Assembly (NCBI GenBank): GCA_963708025.1
Contig: CAVPSB010000018.1
Span: forward strand, 559,812-623,811
Reading direction: 5' to 3'
Length of the DNA stretch: 64,000 nt
Source: an uncultured Candidatus Rokubacteria bacterium
Lineage (GTDB): Bacteria > Methylomirabilota > Methylomirabilia > Rokubacteriales > DASRDR01
Position numbers and translations under genes: made by a program. A model generated the notes under the pieces. It had not been told where the DNA came from. It saw only the letters and a list, made by a program, of their open reading frames with translations, and made no database searches. Positions 26,849 through 36,989 of this stretch are shown here, one piece after another; positions within the stretch are counted from its first letter, which is position 1, and each line of letters starts with the position of its first letter.

Positions 26849-27358
26849 AGTCCCGTACCTCCCTCAGCGCACACGTGGCGAGCCGATCCAAGTCGGCACC
26901 TCAGCTTCGACAGCTCACGAGACGGCACTTCTTGGCGGGTCCGCAGAGCGGGCGGCGGCCCGCGCGAATGGGTTGCGATGCGCGACCCGCTGCCGTGACG
27001 CCGGTGATGGAGGCTCTCGATGGTGCGGCTCACGGCTCAACCCTGCATCCGGCTGGTCACGGGGCGCTGATCTTCACCAGGGAATGTGCCCGTCGATTGT
27101 GGGTCCAGCACGTCTCCGCACGGTCCTTGCAGAGTGGGCGGTGATCCGTGCGGCCTCGATGGCCGAGAGCGACGCGAGTTGGTCGCACGTCGCCTTTGCC
27201 GGGCGCGGGCCCAGCGCGAGGGTGTGAGCCCGTTCTCACAGCAATGCCTTGGCGGCATCGAGCCGTCCAACCTTGATCCGCAGGCGGAAGGAGCAGGAGC
27301 CGCATCAGCGCCGCCTCACACTGGGGGCGAAGCGCCTCTCCGAGGGCACTGATTGATC

Positions 27359-27709
27359 TCACTTTCGCTGCGCCACGCCGAACGCGACCTCGAGATGCCG
27401 GACCGCGGACCCGCCATGGCCGCGGACGAGATGCGCGAGGCCGAGCAGGCAGCGCGCATGCTCGAACGCGCGGTAGATCGCCCAGCCCACGACGGTCGAT
27501 CGGTGACGATCGGCCCTGAACTCGGGGTCGTCCGTCAGGGAGGAAAAGATCGCGCCCCCTTGTGTCCGCAGCATGGTGCAGGCCGCCTCCTCCAGCCACG
27601 TGAGGAGCTTTTGACGGCTCTTGGATCGAAGCAGCCGATAGACGAGGCTCATCGTCTCGACTTGTGGGCAGAGCAATTTCAGTGCCGCCGCCAGACGTGA
27701 AGGGAACAT
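27359..27709 (-). pseudogene. Decayed paralog of TPR-like protein 46382-46861
   Basis: EHARCLLGLAHL..G....AVRHLEVA vs EHAYRLLGLAHL..G....AVKHLEIA. Confidence 0.6.
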
Positions 27710-27723
27710 CCCAGTCGCCGAGC

Positions 27724-27798
27724 GCAGTTCGCGTGCCCCCCGCGGGAGATCGCGATGGGGTCAAGCCCTAGGGGTGGCGGCGACCGCAAAGTTTGCAG
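27724..27798 (-). promoter_or_regulatory. Sigma54 promoter plus upstream activator motif
   Basis: Minus-strand GGGCACGCGAACTGC (27724-27738); ACCGCAAAGTTTGCAG (27783-27798). Confidence 0.7.
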
Positions 27799-27863
27799 CC
27801 CGGTCGATTCGGTGGCGTCTCCGGAAAAGCCGCCAGAGTAAGCGCCGGAGTCATCGCCGAGTT

Positions 27864-28425
27864 TCAGCATTGGTAGTGACGGCGCCCAGCGCCTAGCGGA
27901 TGATCTGCTCCTCCACGGCGGGTGCCGAGGGTAATGGCAAGGCTCCCCTCGGGGCGCTCACCCGTGAGGATGGTTCGACGGCAGATGGACGGGGCGGATG
28001 GCGCGCTCGCGCATCGGCCGACCACCCGCTCCGCCAGATTTCGGAGCTCGCGGACGTTGCCCGACCAGGCGTATTCCCCTAGGGCCTGGAAGCGCCACGA
28101 GCGACGAATAACTGCCGCCGCGTGCAGACCGAGCGCAGAACTCCCGAAGGAAGGCGCGGCGAGGAGCGCGATCGGCCCAACGGCGAGCCGGTAGCAGAGG
28201 TCCTCGCGGAAGGCGTCCGCCCGAACGGCGGCCTCCAGATTCTCGTTGGTCGCGGCGACCAAGCGGACGCCCACGGTGATTGGGCGGCTCCCGCGGCGGA
28301 TCTCGCGCTCCTGCAACACGCGGAGAGAGTTGACCTGGATCATGGAACTCTTCCCCGACCTCGTCGAGGAAGAACGTTCCGCCGTTGACCTGCTCGATCC
28401 GCCCGGCCTTCGTCGCCGGCGCTCC
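27864..28425 (-). pseudogene. Decayed copy of 3' half of sigma54 activator 43805-45208
   Basis: [45 protein letters not shown]; multiple frameshifts and deletions. Confidence 0.85.
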
Positions 28426-28457
28426 GCTGACACCGGCTCGCTGACGGCGGCTGACGC

Positions 28458-29612
28458 TCACCGGCGGGCCGGGGTCTGGGACCGGCGGACCAGGCGGAGC
28501 GAGAGCGTCTGAGGGGCGACGCTCTCCAGCAGCACGCCCGGCGGGAGGTTCACCGCGGCGTCACGGATGTTGAGCGTGAGGAATCCCTCAGCCGCCCCGG
28601 CCAGATCGAACCGTGCGACCAGCGTCGTGAGGTTCGCGGACTCGAGGATCCACGCTCGCCCCCGGAGCTGGGTCTGAAGCGTCTGCGTGGAGAGGTACGA
28701 GACCTCCAGGTCTGCCGGGACGTTGCTGAGCTCGACCGGCACCGTGACCGACCGCACGGAGCCCCCCGTGAGGAGGACGGAACTCCCCCACACCAGGGCT
28801 GCCAGTCCCACCGCCGTGGCCTTGAGGGTGAAGTCTCCGAGGAACACTTGCCGGAGCCGTCGCGTGCGGCCGATCGGACGGGGTTCGCGCTGCTGTCGGA
28901 TCGCCTGCACCAGGGCGTCGGGAGTCTGGACGGCGACCATGTCCCCGCCGGATGCTAGGCTGACCTCGCCGCGCTCTTCCGACACGGCGACGACCAGCGC
29001 GTCGGAGCGCTCGGCGAGCCCCATGGCCGCCCGATGGCGGGTCCCGTAGTGGCGAGGTACGTCGCGCCGCTGGGTGAGTGGCAGAAGCGCGCTCACCCGG
29101 GCGATGTGGTCGCCCTCGATGATGGTGGCGCCATCATGCACCGGCGACACCTTGCGGAAGATGGCTTCCAGGATCTCCGTCAAGATGGTCCCGCCGAGCG
29201 GGACGCCACCTTCCATGAGCTCGTCCAGGGGCTCGTCGCCCGCGATGACGATCAGAGCGCCGCGGCGCGCGTGCGCCAGGGAGAACGCGGCGGTCGCGAT
29301 CGCGTGGAGCGACCGCTCGACGGTTGACGCACGGGGCGGGAGCAGCCAGGCCATCACGTCCAGCCGGACCAGGGCGCGCCGGAGCTCGGCCTGGAACACG
29401 ATCAGGATCACGATCAGGGCCGCCAGCGTGGCGGCGTCGAGGACCCACACCGTCAGCGACAGCCCGAGCTGCCGCGCGACGACGGCGCCGACCCGGAGGC
29501 CCACGATCACGAGCGAGACCCGGAACGCGCGCGCCTCGCGGCCCCAGCGCAGCACGAGGTAGATGACGAGCGCGAGGACGAGCGAGTTGACGAGGCCCCG
29601 CCAATGCATCAC
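28458..29612 (-). CDS. Membrane diadenylate cyclase (CdaA-type) with C-terminal TM and YbbR-like domain
   Basis: N-terminal TMs, IVFQ.ELRRAL, catalytic HDGA and GTRHRAA, VSEERG. Confidence 0.9.
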   Translation of the reverse strand: MMHWRGLVNSLVLALVIYLVLRWGREARAFRVSLVIVGLRVGAVVARQLGLSLTVWVLDAATLAALIVILIVFQAELRRALVRLDVMAWLLPPRASTVERSLHAIATAAFSLAHARRGALIVIAGDEPLDELMEGGVPLGGTILTEILEAIFRKVSPVHDGATIIEGDHIARVSALLPLTQRRDVPRHYGTRHRAAMGLAERSDALVVAVSEERGEVSLASGGDMVAVQTPDALVQAIRQQREPRPIGRTRRLRQVFLGDFTLKATAVGLAALVWGSSVLLTGGSVRSVTVPVELSNVPADLEVSYLSTQTLQTQLRGRAWILESANLTTLVARFDLAGAAEGFLTLNIRDAAVNLPPGVLLESVAPQTLSLRLVRRSQTPARR

Positions 29613-29858
29613 GACTCCGACCGGGTGCGGGTGAAGGCGGTGCGTGACCCCGAGACTCCGGTCTGGACCGAGCGTTGGTCAACGCGCCACGTCGGGTGCC
29701 ATCCGCGCTGGCCGGCGGCAAGCGACACGAACCGGAGCGCGAGGGGCGACACGCCCCAGCCTGCGCCCGCCCGTCCACCCTGCGCGTTCAGCAGGATACA
29801 CGAGGGCCCGTATCCCCAGCCAGGCTCCCGATCGCGCGCCGCCAACCCGAGGTACTGG

Positions 29859-29953
29859 CTGCAAGACTTGCAGACCCTTCTGGGGTGCCATGCGGCAGTC
29901 CGACCGCAAACCACTGAAACAGTATGGGATTCTGCGTATGGCAGCCGGCTTGC
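29859..29953 (+). promoter_or_regulatory. Sigma54 promoter plus palindromic activator site
   Basis: CTGCAAG-A-CTTGCAG (29859-29873); TGGCAGCCGGCTTGC (29939-29953). Confidence 0.8.
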
Positions 29954-30091
29954 TGTCCTCCCAGCCACGAGCCTCTATCTGGGCGGGGCACATGACGGTG
30001 ATCGACTCACCGCTGGACCAGGGCGTCGAGGTCGGGGTCTCGGCGCACGCTTCCTGACCGCCGCGGTGGAACGAAGTGAGGAGGGAGACAT

Positions 30092-30703
30092 ATGAGGGCG
30101 AGACGAGAACTGGCCGGTGCGGTGGTGCTCGGCGTTCTGGTGCTGGGCACGGGCTGCGCGAAGCCACCCGATGCGGAGGTGGCCGCGGCCAAGGCCGCGG
30201 TCGAGCAAGCGCGGAGTGCGGGAGCGCCCGAGTACGTGGCCGAAGCCTTCAAGGGCGCGGAGACCGGGCTCCAGAAGGCTCAGGAGGAGATCAAGGCGCA
30301 GGACGACCGATTCGCTCTGACGCGGAACTACGACAAGGCCAAGGAGTCATTGGCGAGGGTCAAGGCGGACGCGGAGAAGGTCAGGACCGACGCGGTGGCG
30401 GCCAAGGAGAAGGCCAAGGCGGCGGCCGAGGCGGCCCGGACGGACGCGCAGGCGGCGCTGGATGGGGCCAAGGCGCTCCTGGTGACAGCCCCCAAGGGCA
30501 AGGGCACCAAGGCGGACATCGAGGTCATGGGCGCCGATCTAAAGATCGCCGAAGCGGCCCTCGCGGACGCCCGGACCGCGCTCGACCGCGAGGACTACCT
30601 GGGCGCCAAGGCCAAGGCCGAGTCCGCCAAGGACAAGGCTGCCGCGGTGAGCGCGCAGGTGCAGCAGGCGAAGGCGAAGACGGCGACGGTGAAGAAGCGG
30701 TAG
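30092..30703 (+). CDS. Alanine-rich helical lipoprotein (DUF4398-like)
   Basis: Lipobox GTGC, then KPP.AE..AAKAAVE.AR.AGA..Y. Confidence 0.8.
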   Translation: MRARRELAGAVVLGVLVLGTGCAKPPDAEVAAAKAAVEQARSAGAPEYVAEAFKGAETGLQKAQEEIKAQDDRFALTRNYDKAKESLARVKADAEKVRTDAVAAKEKAKAAAEAARTDAQAALDGAKALLVTAPKGKGTKADIEVMGADLKIAEAALADARTALDREDYLGAKAKAESAKDKAAAVSAQVQQAKAKTATVKKR

Positions 30704-30706
30704 GGG

Positions 30707-31851
30707 ATGGCGGCCCGTCGGGGGTGGCCGGCCCTCTCGGGCCGGACGTCCGGCATGGTCGGTGCCGGGGTCGCGGTCGCCGCGGGCGCCACGCTCCTCG
30801 CATGCTGGACCTCGGCCCCGCTTCCATCCGATCTGCCGGCGGCGGCGGAGCGGATCGAGGAGGACGCCTCGCGGGCGGGCGCGGCCGAACTGCTGCCCGA
30901 GCAGTATGCCGCGTATGGCCGCCGGCTGGTCGAGGCACGCCGCGTGTTTCGCCGGGAAGCCGACCGCTGGTGCGTGCTGCAGGGCCGGGCGCGCGTGGAG
31001 CAGGCATTCGCGGATCTGGAGCTAGACGGCCGGGCGCTTCTCCTGGCGGCCCGTGAGCGGAGCGCTGCGATTCGGCAGGAAGCGGTCAGGCACCTGGAGG
31101 CGACCGAGCGGCAGTTGGCCCGGTTTCGCGCCTGGCAGAGCGAGCTGGGGATGTACCTTCACCCGTCCCCCTTATCCACGGCCGATCTCGCGCTGCGCGA
31201 GGCGCGGCACTACCTGGACGCCGGGGTGTACGAGCGGGCGCGCGGACGCGTGGACGTCGCCGCCACATCCCTCCGGACGGTGGAGGGCCAGGCCCGAAGC
31301 CAGGTCCTCCGATACAGCGAAGGACCGGCGATGACGAGGTGGCGGCGATGGATTCGGGACGCGGTCGCGTTGTCGCGGGCGGGCCCGGTCCTCGTGATCG
31401 CGAAGGCCGAACGGCGCCTGTTCCTGTACCGGCACGGTCACGCCGTGGCGGACTCCCCGGTCGGGCTGGGCTTCAACGCCTTGGCCGACAAGCTCTCCGA
31501 GGGTGACGGGGCGACCCCGGAAGGCCGGTTTCGGATCGTCGCCAAGAAGAGCGGGACGGAGACGCGCTACGATCGGGCCCTGGTCTTGGATTATCCGACG
31601 GCGGACGATCGCCGGCGCCATGCGCAAGCCGTCCGCCGGGGGCTGCTGCCGCGGCAGGCCAGGATCGGCGGGCTGATCGAGATTCACGGCCGGGGGCCCG
31701 GGCCGGCCGACCGGACCAGCGGGTGTGTGTCGCTGGATCACGAGGCCCTGGTCACACCCTGTTCGACCTGGTCGACCGGGGCACCCCGGTGACGATTGTG
31801 GGGGCCACGTCGCCGCGAAATCCGGTTGCCCAGCAGACCCGGGCCGGGTGA
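30707..31851 (+). pseudogene. L,D-transpeptidase (YkuD) with N-terminal helical region; frameshift near 3' end
   Basis: KAERRLFLY, EGDGATPEG, IEIHG...GCVSL; tail LFDLVDRGTPVTIVG shifted at ~31750. Confidence 0.85.
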
Positions 31852-31871
31852 CAGGAGGAGATGGCCGTCCG

Positions 31872-32523
31872 GTGAGGAGACGCGACGGAGGCCGGCACGA
31901 ACGAAGGACCCTGACTCCACGACGCGCGGTCGCGTGGGCCGCGCTCGCTGCCGTCGCGGCCTGGGGCCTGACGGGATGGCTGGCCACGACGCTGACCGCC
32001 TGGGAGCCACCCCCGGAAACCTCGCCGCAGGGGGCGCCCCCGGGGCCGGACGCGACGGCGCTGTCGCGCCTCGCGCCGCGAGGCCTCTACGTGGTCGTGG
32101 ATACGGCCCGTAAACCGCCTGAGCCTCAGGCGCCGTGACGAGACGCTGTACACGGCGGTCGCGTCCACCGGGAGCGGGGCGCGCCTGATCGCCCCGCGCG
32201 ATCCCAGCCGTGGCTGGCGATTCGACACCCCACGCGGGGTTTTTTCGATCACGAGCAAGCACGTCAATCCCGTCTGGATCAGGCCGGATTGGGCGTTCCT
32301 CGAAGAAGGCCTCTCGGTCCCCTCCACGCCGGAGGAGCGTGCGGAGCCCGGCGTGCTGGGCCGGTATGCCCTGGGGTTCGGGAACGGCTACTTCATCCAC
32401 GGCACCCTCTACACCCGGCTGCTGGGCACCAACGTGACCCACGGGTGCATCCGACTCGGTGACGCGGATCTGGAGCATATCTTCAAGACGGTTCCGCTGG
32501 GTGCGACCGTCTTCATCTACTAG
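31872..32523 (+). pseudogene. Second L,D-transpeptidase; frameshift at ~32112
   Basis: TM, YVVVDTA / NRLSL, FDTPRG, PVWIRPDWAF, YFIHGT...THGCIRL. Confidence 0.85.
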
Positions 32524-32578
32524 GCTGGCCGTCGGGTGCGTCCGATGGGTCCGCTCGCGCGAGGATTTCCGCACCGGG

Positions 32579-33256
32579 ATGTGCGCCACCGCGTCGGCCA
32601 TCCTCGTCGCGACGGCCCTGAGCGGGGCCTTCGCTGGGACCCAACCCCCTCCGGCGCCGGGCGCATCCCCCTGCGATGCGCTGGCTGGGCTGGAACTCAG
32701 CCTGGCCGGCCGCCCGAGCCTGTACGCAGTGGTGGACGGCCCCTCGCGGCGGATCGAGCTGAGGGCGAGAGGCGTCGTGCTTCGCCGGTTTCCGCTCAGG
32801 GAGCTGTCCTCGATCGGCCACGCGCGGGCGCCGACGGGCCCATGGGTCCTGGTCGCCAAGCTCCCGCTTATGGAGCCCGCCCCGACGATGCCTCGGCCTC
32901 CGGGAGATACCACATCCGCTCAGAACGGAGCCGAGGACAGCCCGATGACCGTGGCGACCATGCCGGCGCGCTATCGGCTCGTGTTCCAGGGCGATCTCTG
33001 GATCCTGGTTCATCCAGGAGGGGCTGAGACTCGCTGGCAGCGGTTCTGGGACGGGCTGGGCGCCGTGACGGATCGAATCACCGCGTGGGCGAGGGTGCTC
33101 ACGGGGCGGGTCGTCGGAGCCCGGCGACTGGTGCTCTTCGTCGAGCTGACTGGCGAGGAGGGGAGGGCCTTGTACTGGGCTGTCAGACCCCCGCTGCCTG
33201 TCCTGCTGCGGGTCGCGTGCCCGTCCGGCGAGCCGATCCCCGGCCCGGACCGCTGA
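32579..33256 (+). CDS. Exported hypothetical protein, LDT-like N-terminal strands without catalytic motif
   Basis: Signal-like start; LYAVVD...IELRARGVVLRRFP; fourth gene of the operon. Confidence 0.55.
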   Translation: MCATASAILVATALSGAFAGTQPPPAPGASPCDALAGLELSLAGRPSLYAVVDGPSRRIELRARGVVLRRFPLRELSSIGHARAPTGPWVLVAKLPLMEPAPTMPRPPGDTTSAQNGAEDSPMTVATMPARYRLVFQGDLWILVHPGGAETRWQRFWDGLGAVTDRITAWARVLTGRVVGARRLVLFVELTGEEGRALYWAVRPPLPVLLRVACPSGEPIPGPDR

Positions 33257-33484
33257 CGCTTCAGGCGGCAGGCGCACAGAGCCTGCGACAAGCGGGTGGA
33301 CGAAGCGCGGCACGAGCAGAGCGACCTCAGCGGATGATCGTGTACGCAAAGCCAAGCGGCCTGGTGCGCAGCCGCGGAAAGGCCCTCGTCAAGGCCGAAA
33401 GCGTCGGCAGCGCCTTGGGCGAGAATGGGTCGCGGCCGGCCCAGAAGCGTCTTCCTCCTTCCACGGCACTCTCACGTCACCATC

Positions 33485-34807
33485 CTATCCGGCATTCGAA
33501 ACGCTCTTGCTGCGCCTCGCCTTGACCGTCACGATCCGAGGGCCGTCCATGTCCACGACGGTCCAGACGACGCCGTGCGCCGAGACGGACACCCCGGGCA
33601 GGGGCACAGTGTTGAGGGTGTGAAGAAGGAACCCGGCAATCGTCTGGTACTCGGACGACTCCTCCAGCGGCAGCCCTGCCTGAACGCGGAGGTCGTGGAT
33701 CGAGGCAGTGCCCTCGATCCGATAGGAGCCGTCCGAGAGACGGGACAGGTACGGGAGTCCTCGCGGCTCCCGCTCTTCGTGGATCTCTCCTACGATCTCC
33801 TCGATCAGATCCTCGACGGTCACCAGCCCGACAGTCCGCCCGTACTCGTTGACGACCATGGCCATGTTCTGGTGCTGCCGCTGGAACTCGCGGAGCACCT
33901 CACTGATCTGCGCGGTCTCAGGGACGAAGAGGGCAGGATGGAGCAGCTGGACCAGCACCGGGGGCTTGCCGTCGGCCGCGCAGCGGAGCAGGTCCTTGAT
34001 CACGACGACCCCGATGGTGTCGTCCACTGAGCCCCGGACGACGGGGAATCGGGTGTGGCCGTAGGCGACCGCCTGGGTCAGGACCTCGCCGGGCGCCGTG
34101 TGAAGCCCCAAGGCCAGGATCTTCGGGCGGGGGACCATGACGGCGCGGACCGGCGTGTCCGTGAACTGGAAGACCCTGTGCAGCAGCTCGCTTTCCTGGT
34201 GCTCGAAGATGCCGTGGGACACTCCCTCGCGAACGAGGTACTTGACCTCGTCTCCCTCCGACACGAGCGGCGCCGGCGGCGTCCCGCGCTGCCTCAGGAG
34301 CGTCAGCACGGCGCGGGTGGACGGCGTGAGGATTCGGCCGGGCCACGCAGCAGCCCGGCCGAGGGCCCGGATCGGCCGGGCAACCAAGCAGGCAACGCGC
34401 TCGGGATCCCGCAGGGCCAGCGCCTTGGGCACGAGCTCGCCCGCCACGAGGGACACGTAGGTGATCGCCAGGATCACCAGGCCCAGGGCGACTGGCGCGG
34501 CCCACTGGCGCGCCCCGGGGACGGGCCACGCCGCGAGCCAGGGCGTCAGGGCCTCGATGGCCGTCGCCCCGCCCACAGCCGAGCCGAGGGTGCCGACGAG
34601 CGTCCTGGCGATCTGGATGGGGGCGCGGAAGGTCTCCGCTTCGCCCTTGAGCGACAGTGCGGTGGCCGCTCCGCGGGCCGCCTCGTCCCGGAGTTGCGTC
34701 AGGCGGGCCGTGCGAGCGGAGACCAGGGCGATCTCGGAGCCCGCGAAGAAGCCGTTGGTGAGGATAGCGATGAGGATGAGCACCGTCTCGAGCCAGATCG
34801 TGTCCAT
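33485..34807 (-). CDS. HlyC/CorC (CNNM-CBS-CorC) family membrane protein
   Basis: NGFFAGSEIALVS, GELVPK, VMVPR, HTRFPV, VNEYG...GLVTVEDLIEEIVGEI, YQTIAG. Confidence 0.93.
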   Translation of the reverse strand: MDTIWLETVLILIAILTNGFFAGSEIALVSARTARLTQLRDEAARGAATALSLKGEAETFRAPIQIARTLVGTLGSAVGGATAIEALTPWLAAWPVPGARQWAAPVALGLVILAITYVSLVAGELVPKALALRDPERVACLVARPIRALGRAAAWPGRILTPSTRAVLTLLRQRGTPPAPLVSEGDEVKYLVREGVSHGIFEHQESELLHRVFQFTDTPVRAVMVPRPKILALGLHTAPGEVLTQAVAYGHTRFPVVRGSVDDTIGVVVIKDLLRCAADGKPPVLVQLLHPALFVPETAQISEVLREFQRQHQNMAMVVNEYGRTVGLVTVEDLIEEIVGEIHEEREPRGLPYLSRLSDGSYRIEGTASIHDLRVQAGLPLEESSEYQTIAGFLLHTLNTVPLPGVSVSAHGVVWTVVDMDGPRIVTVKARRSKSVSNAG

Positions 34808-35274
34808 GATGGTCGTTGCCCTCTGCCGGTTTGCGTGCCAGGTCGCACGACGGAGGCGCGCGACGGTGTGGTGCCCATGATCGCTGATACGACGTCGGCC
34901 CACGGAGGGGGCCGGCACCCAGACCGGTTCAGTGGCATCTGGATCGCCGCGGGGGCCCTGATCGATGACTCGCGATCTGCCCGTCATGGCTCGGCCACCC
35001 CGGAGCGTGCGCGCTCCCGGCGGGGTGGCGGAGGGCTGACGGACCGCGTGACGAACCGGGCTCGAGAGCAATCATCGTCTACCGGCCAAGTGCCGGCGTG
35101 GGCAGGAGAACCGGCGGCCATCCGTCGGGCTGAAGCTGTTGGTCGATCTCGGCAACCAGCCGCGTCCTGAGCGCCCCGACGTCCGGCACGACCGCCGGCG
35201 CCCGCTGAGTGAGGAGGCCGGTCTGGCATGCCTTCCGAAACGGTGCCCGCATCCATCCTCCCGGCCGCGGCGCG

Positions 35275-35637
35275 TCAGCGCGGGCCTGCCCTGCGCGACT
35301 CGGCGCGTCGCTGTTCGGCACGGATCTCTTCGAGCAGGGCTCGCGCACTCGCGAGGCGCCCGCTGAAAATCTGACGCGCAACGTCCAGGAGCTGAAACAG
35401 CCGCGCGTCTCGGACGCGATAGCGCACGATGCTCCCATGTTTCATGGTTTCGACGATCCCCTGGCTCCGCAGCACCGCCAGTTGCTGTGACACGACGGAC
35501 TGATCGAGACTCAGATCATGCTGGAGCTTGCTGACGCTCGCGTCCTCGGTGCGGAGCCTCTCGAGGATGGCAATTCGTGTCGGATGAGCAAGGGCCTTGA
35601 AGAAGTCCGCCATGAACGGCCGAAGGGCCTGAGCCAT
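35275..35637 (-). CDS. ArsR/SmtB-family regulator
   Basis: FFKALAHPTRIAILERL...VSQQLAVLR. Confidence 0.9.
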   Translation of the reverse strand: MAQALRPFMADFFKALAHPTRIAILERLRTEDASVSKLQHDLSLDQSVVSQQLAVLRSQGIVETMKHGSIVRYRVRDARLFQLLDVARQIFSGRLASARALLEEIRAEQRRAESRRAGPR

Positions 35638-36173
35638 ATGTAGATCTCCGCGGTTTACGCTCAGCGGTCCACCGCGGGGGGGCCGTCGCTGCAAGGAAGC
35701 ATCCCTCTCGTATGGGGAGGCCCCGTGAAGGAAGGCCGAGCCATGAGGGCGGGGTCCTTTACCGTGGCACCACGAAAAGCGTCGCGGTCATGGTCGGCGC
35801 GTGCGTCGAAGACCGGGCTCGAGGGCTGATGATCCGGTGACCGAGGAGCTTTGATTTCGTGGTCCTCGTCGGCGCGATGTAACTCCTGCTCCGGTGGGGG
35901 TCGTGACGATCGAGCCTTCCGCGTCGCATTCGCGATCCTCGGGCTTGTCGCCGGGGCGGTCTTCGCGCGGCCGCGTGAGCGGCTGATCACGAGCCAGGGT
36001 CTTCGCGCTGGCGAGCCTCCCGGCTCTCGTCGCGGTGCTGGTCCGTGTTCCAGGGCGAACTCCGTCACGCCCTGGCGCGGCTCGATGTCGTCCGCCGCCG
36101 CCCGGGCGCGACCGAATGGCTTGTGCAAGTGATCCGCACGGCGGCGTTCTTCTGAGACGATGAGCCCGGACCG

Positions 36174-36914
36174 CTACGGGGCGCTCCACACGACCCGCCC
36201 CGATTCGTCCAGAAAGGCCAGCCCCGGCCCGGCGTCGGCGACCACACCGAGCTCGACCCTGGTGCGGCCCTGCGGGTCGTAGAAGCCCAGCGTCGCGACG
36301 CCATCCGCCGAGACGCCCAGACCGAGGCGGGGTGTCTCGTCCTTCTGGGCGAACGCCAGGTAGGCCGAGCCATCGGGCCGCACGGCGAGCTCGACCCGCG
36401 TTTTGCCGCTGGGGTCCGTGAGCGCCAGGCTGAGCGCGCCGTTGGCACCGACGAGGAGGACAACGCGGGGTTTGCCACGCTGGTCGGCGAACGCGAGGGT
36501 CGGCGAGCCATCGGCGCGCAGGCTCAGCTCCACGTGGGTCCGACCGTCGGTGTCCGCCAATCCGAGCGTCGGCGTCCCATCGCGTCGCAGCGCCAATTCC
36601 GCCCGCGTCTTCCCGTCCTTGTCGACGAGGCCGAGGCTCGGGGTCCCGTCCTCGCGCATGCCGAGCGCGGCACGCACCTTGCCGGCTTCATCGAGAATCC
36701 CGAGGGCGGGCGTGCCATCCGCCCGTACGGCCAGAGCGGCGCGCCGCCTGCCCGACGCGTCCACGAGCACGAAGCTTTCGGCCGAGATGACTCTGGCCGT
36801 GGGATTCGGCGCCGTTGGGCCCGCGAGCAACATGGCACCGAGCACGATGGCTGCGCCAACGGCGAGGCGTCCTCGTCTCCTCCACCCCGCTGTGAGCATC
36901 CCGTTCTCAGCCAT
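36174..36914 (-). CDS. Exported protein with eight 23-aa beta-hairpin-type repeats
   Basis: TM or signal, AESFVLVD, then repeats such as KTRAELALRRDGTPTLGLADTDG; ends VWSAP. Confidence 0.8.
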   Translation of the reverse strand: MAENGMLTAGWRRRGRLAVGAAIVLGAMLLAGPTAPNPTARVISAESFVLVDASGRRRAALAVRADGTPALGILDEAGKVRAALGMREDGTPSLGLVDKDGKTRAELALRRDGTPTLGLADTDGRTHVELSLRADGSPTLAFADQRGKPRVVLLVGANGALSLALTDPSGKTRVELAVRPDGSAYLAFAQKDETPRLGLGVSADGVATLGFYDPQGRTRVELGVVADAGPGLAFLDESGRVVWSAP

Positions 36915-36989
36915 CCGCCGACCATCCCTTGTTCCGCGCGCACGACACTCGACAGCAGCCCGCGCAATCACCTCGCCCGCCATGCGGGA

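Noticed and set aside
29612-30090. c-di-AMP (ydaO) riboswitch between the cyclase and LDT operon
   Set aside because: Could not find the conserved ydaO sequence blocks by eye; the region is explained by the sigma54 promoter and activator site.
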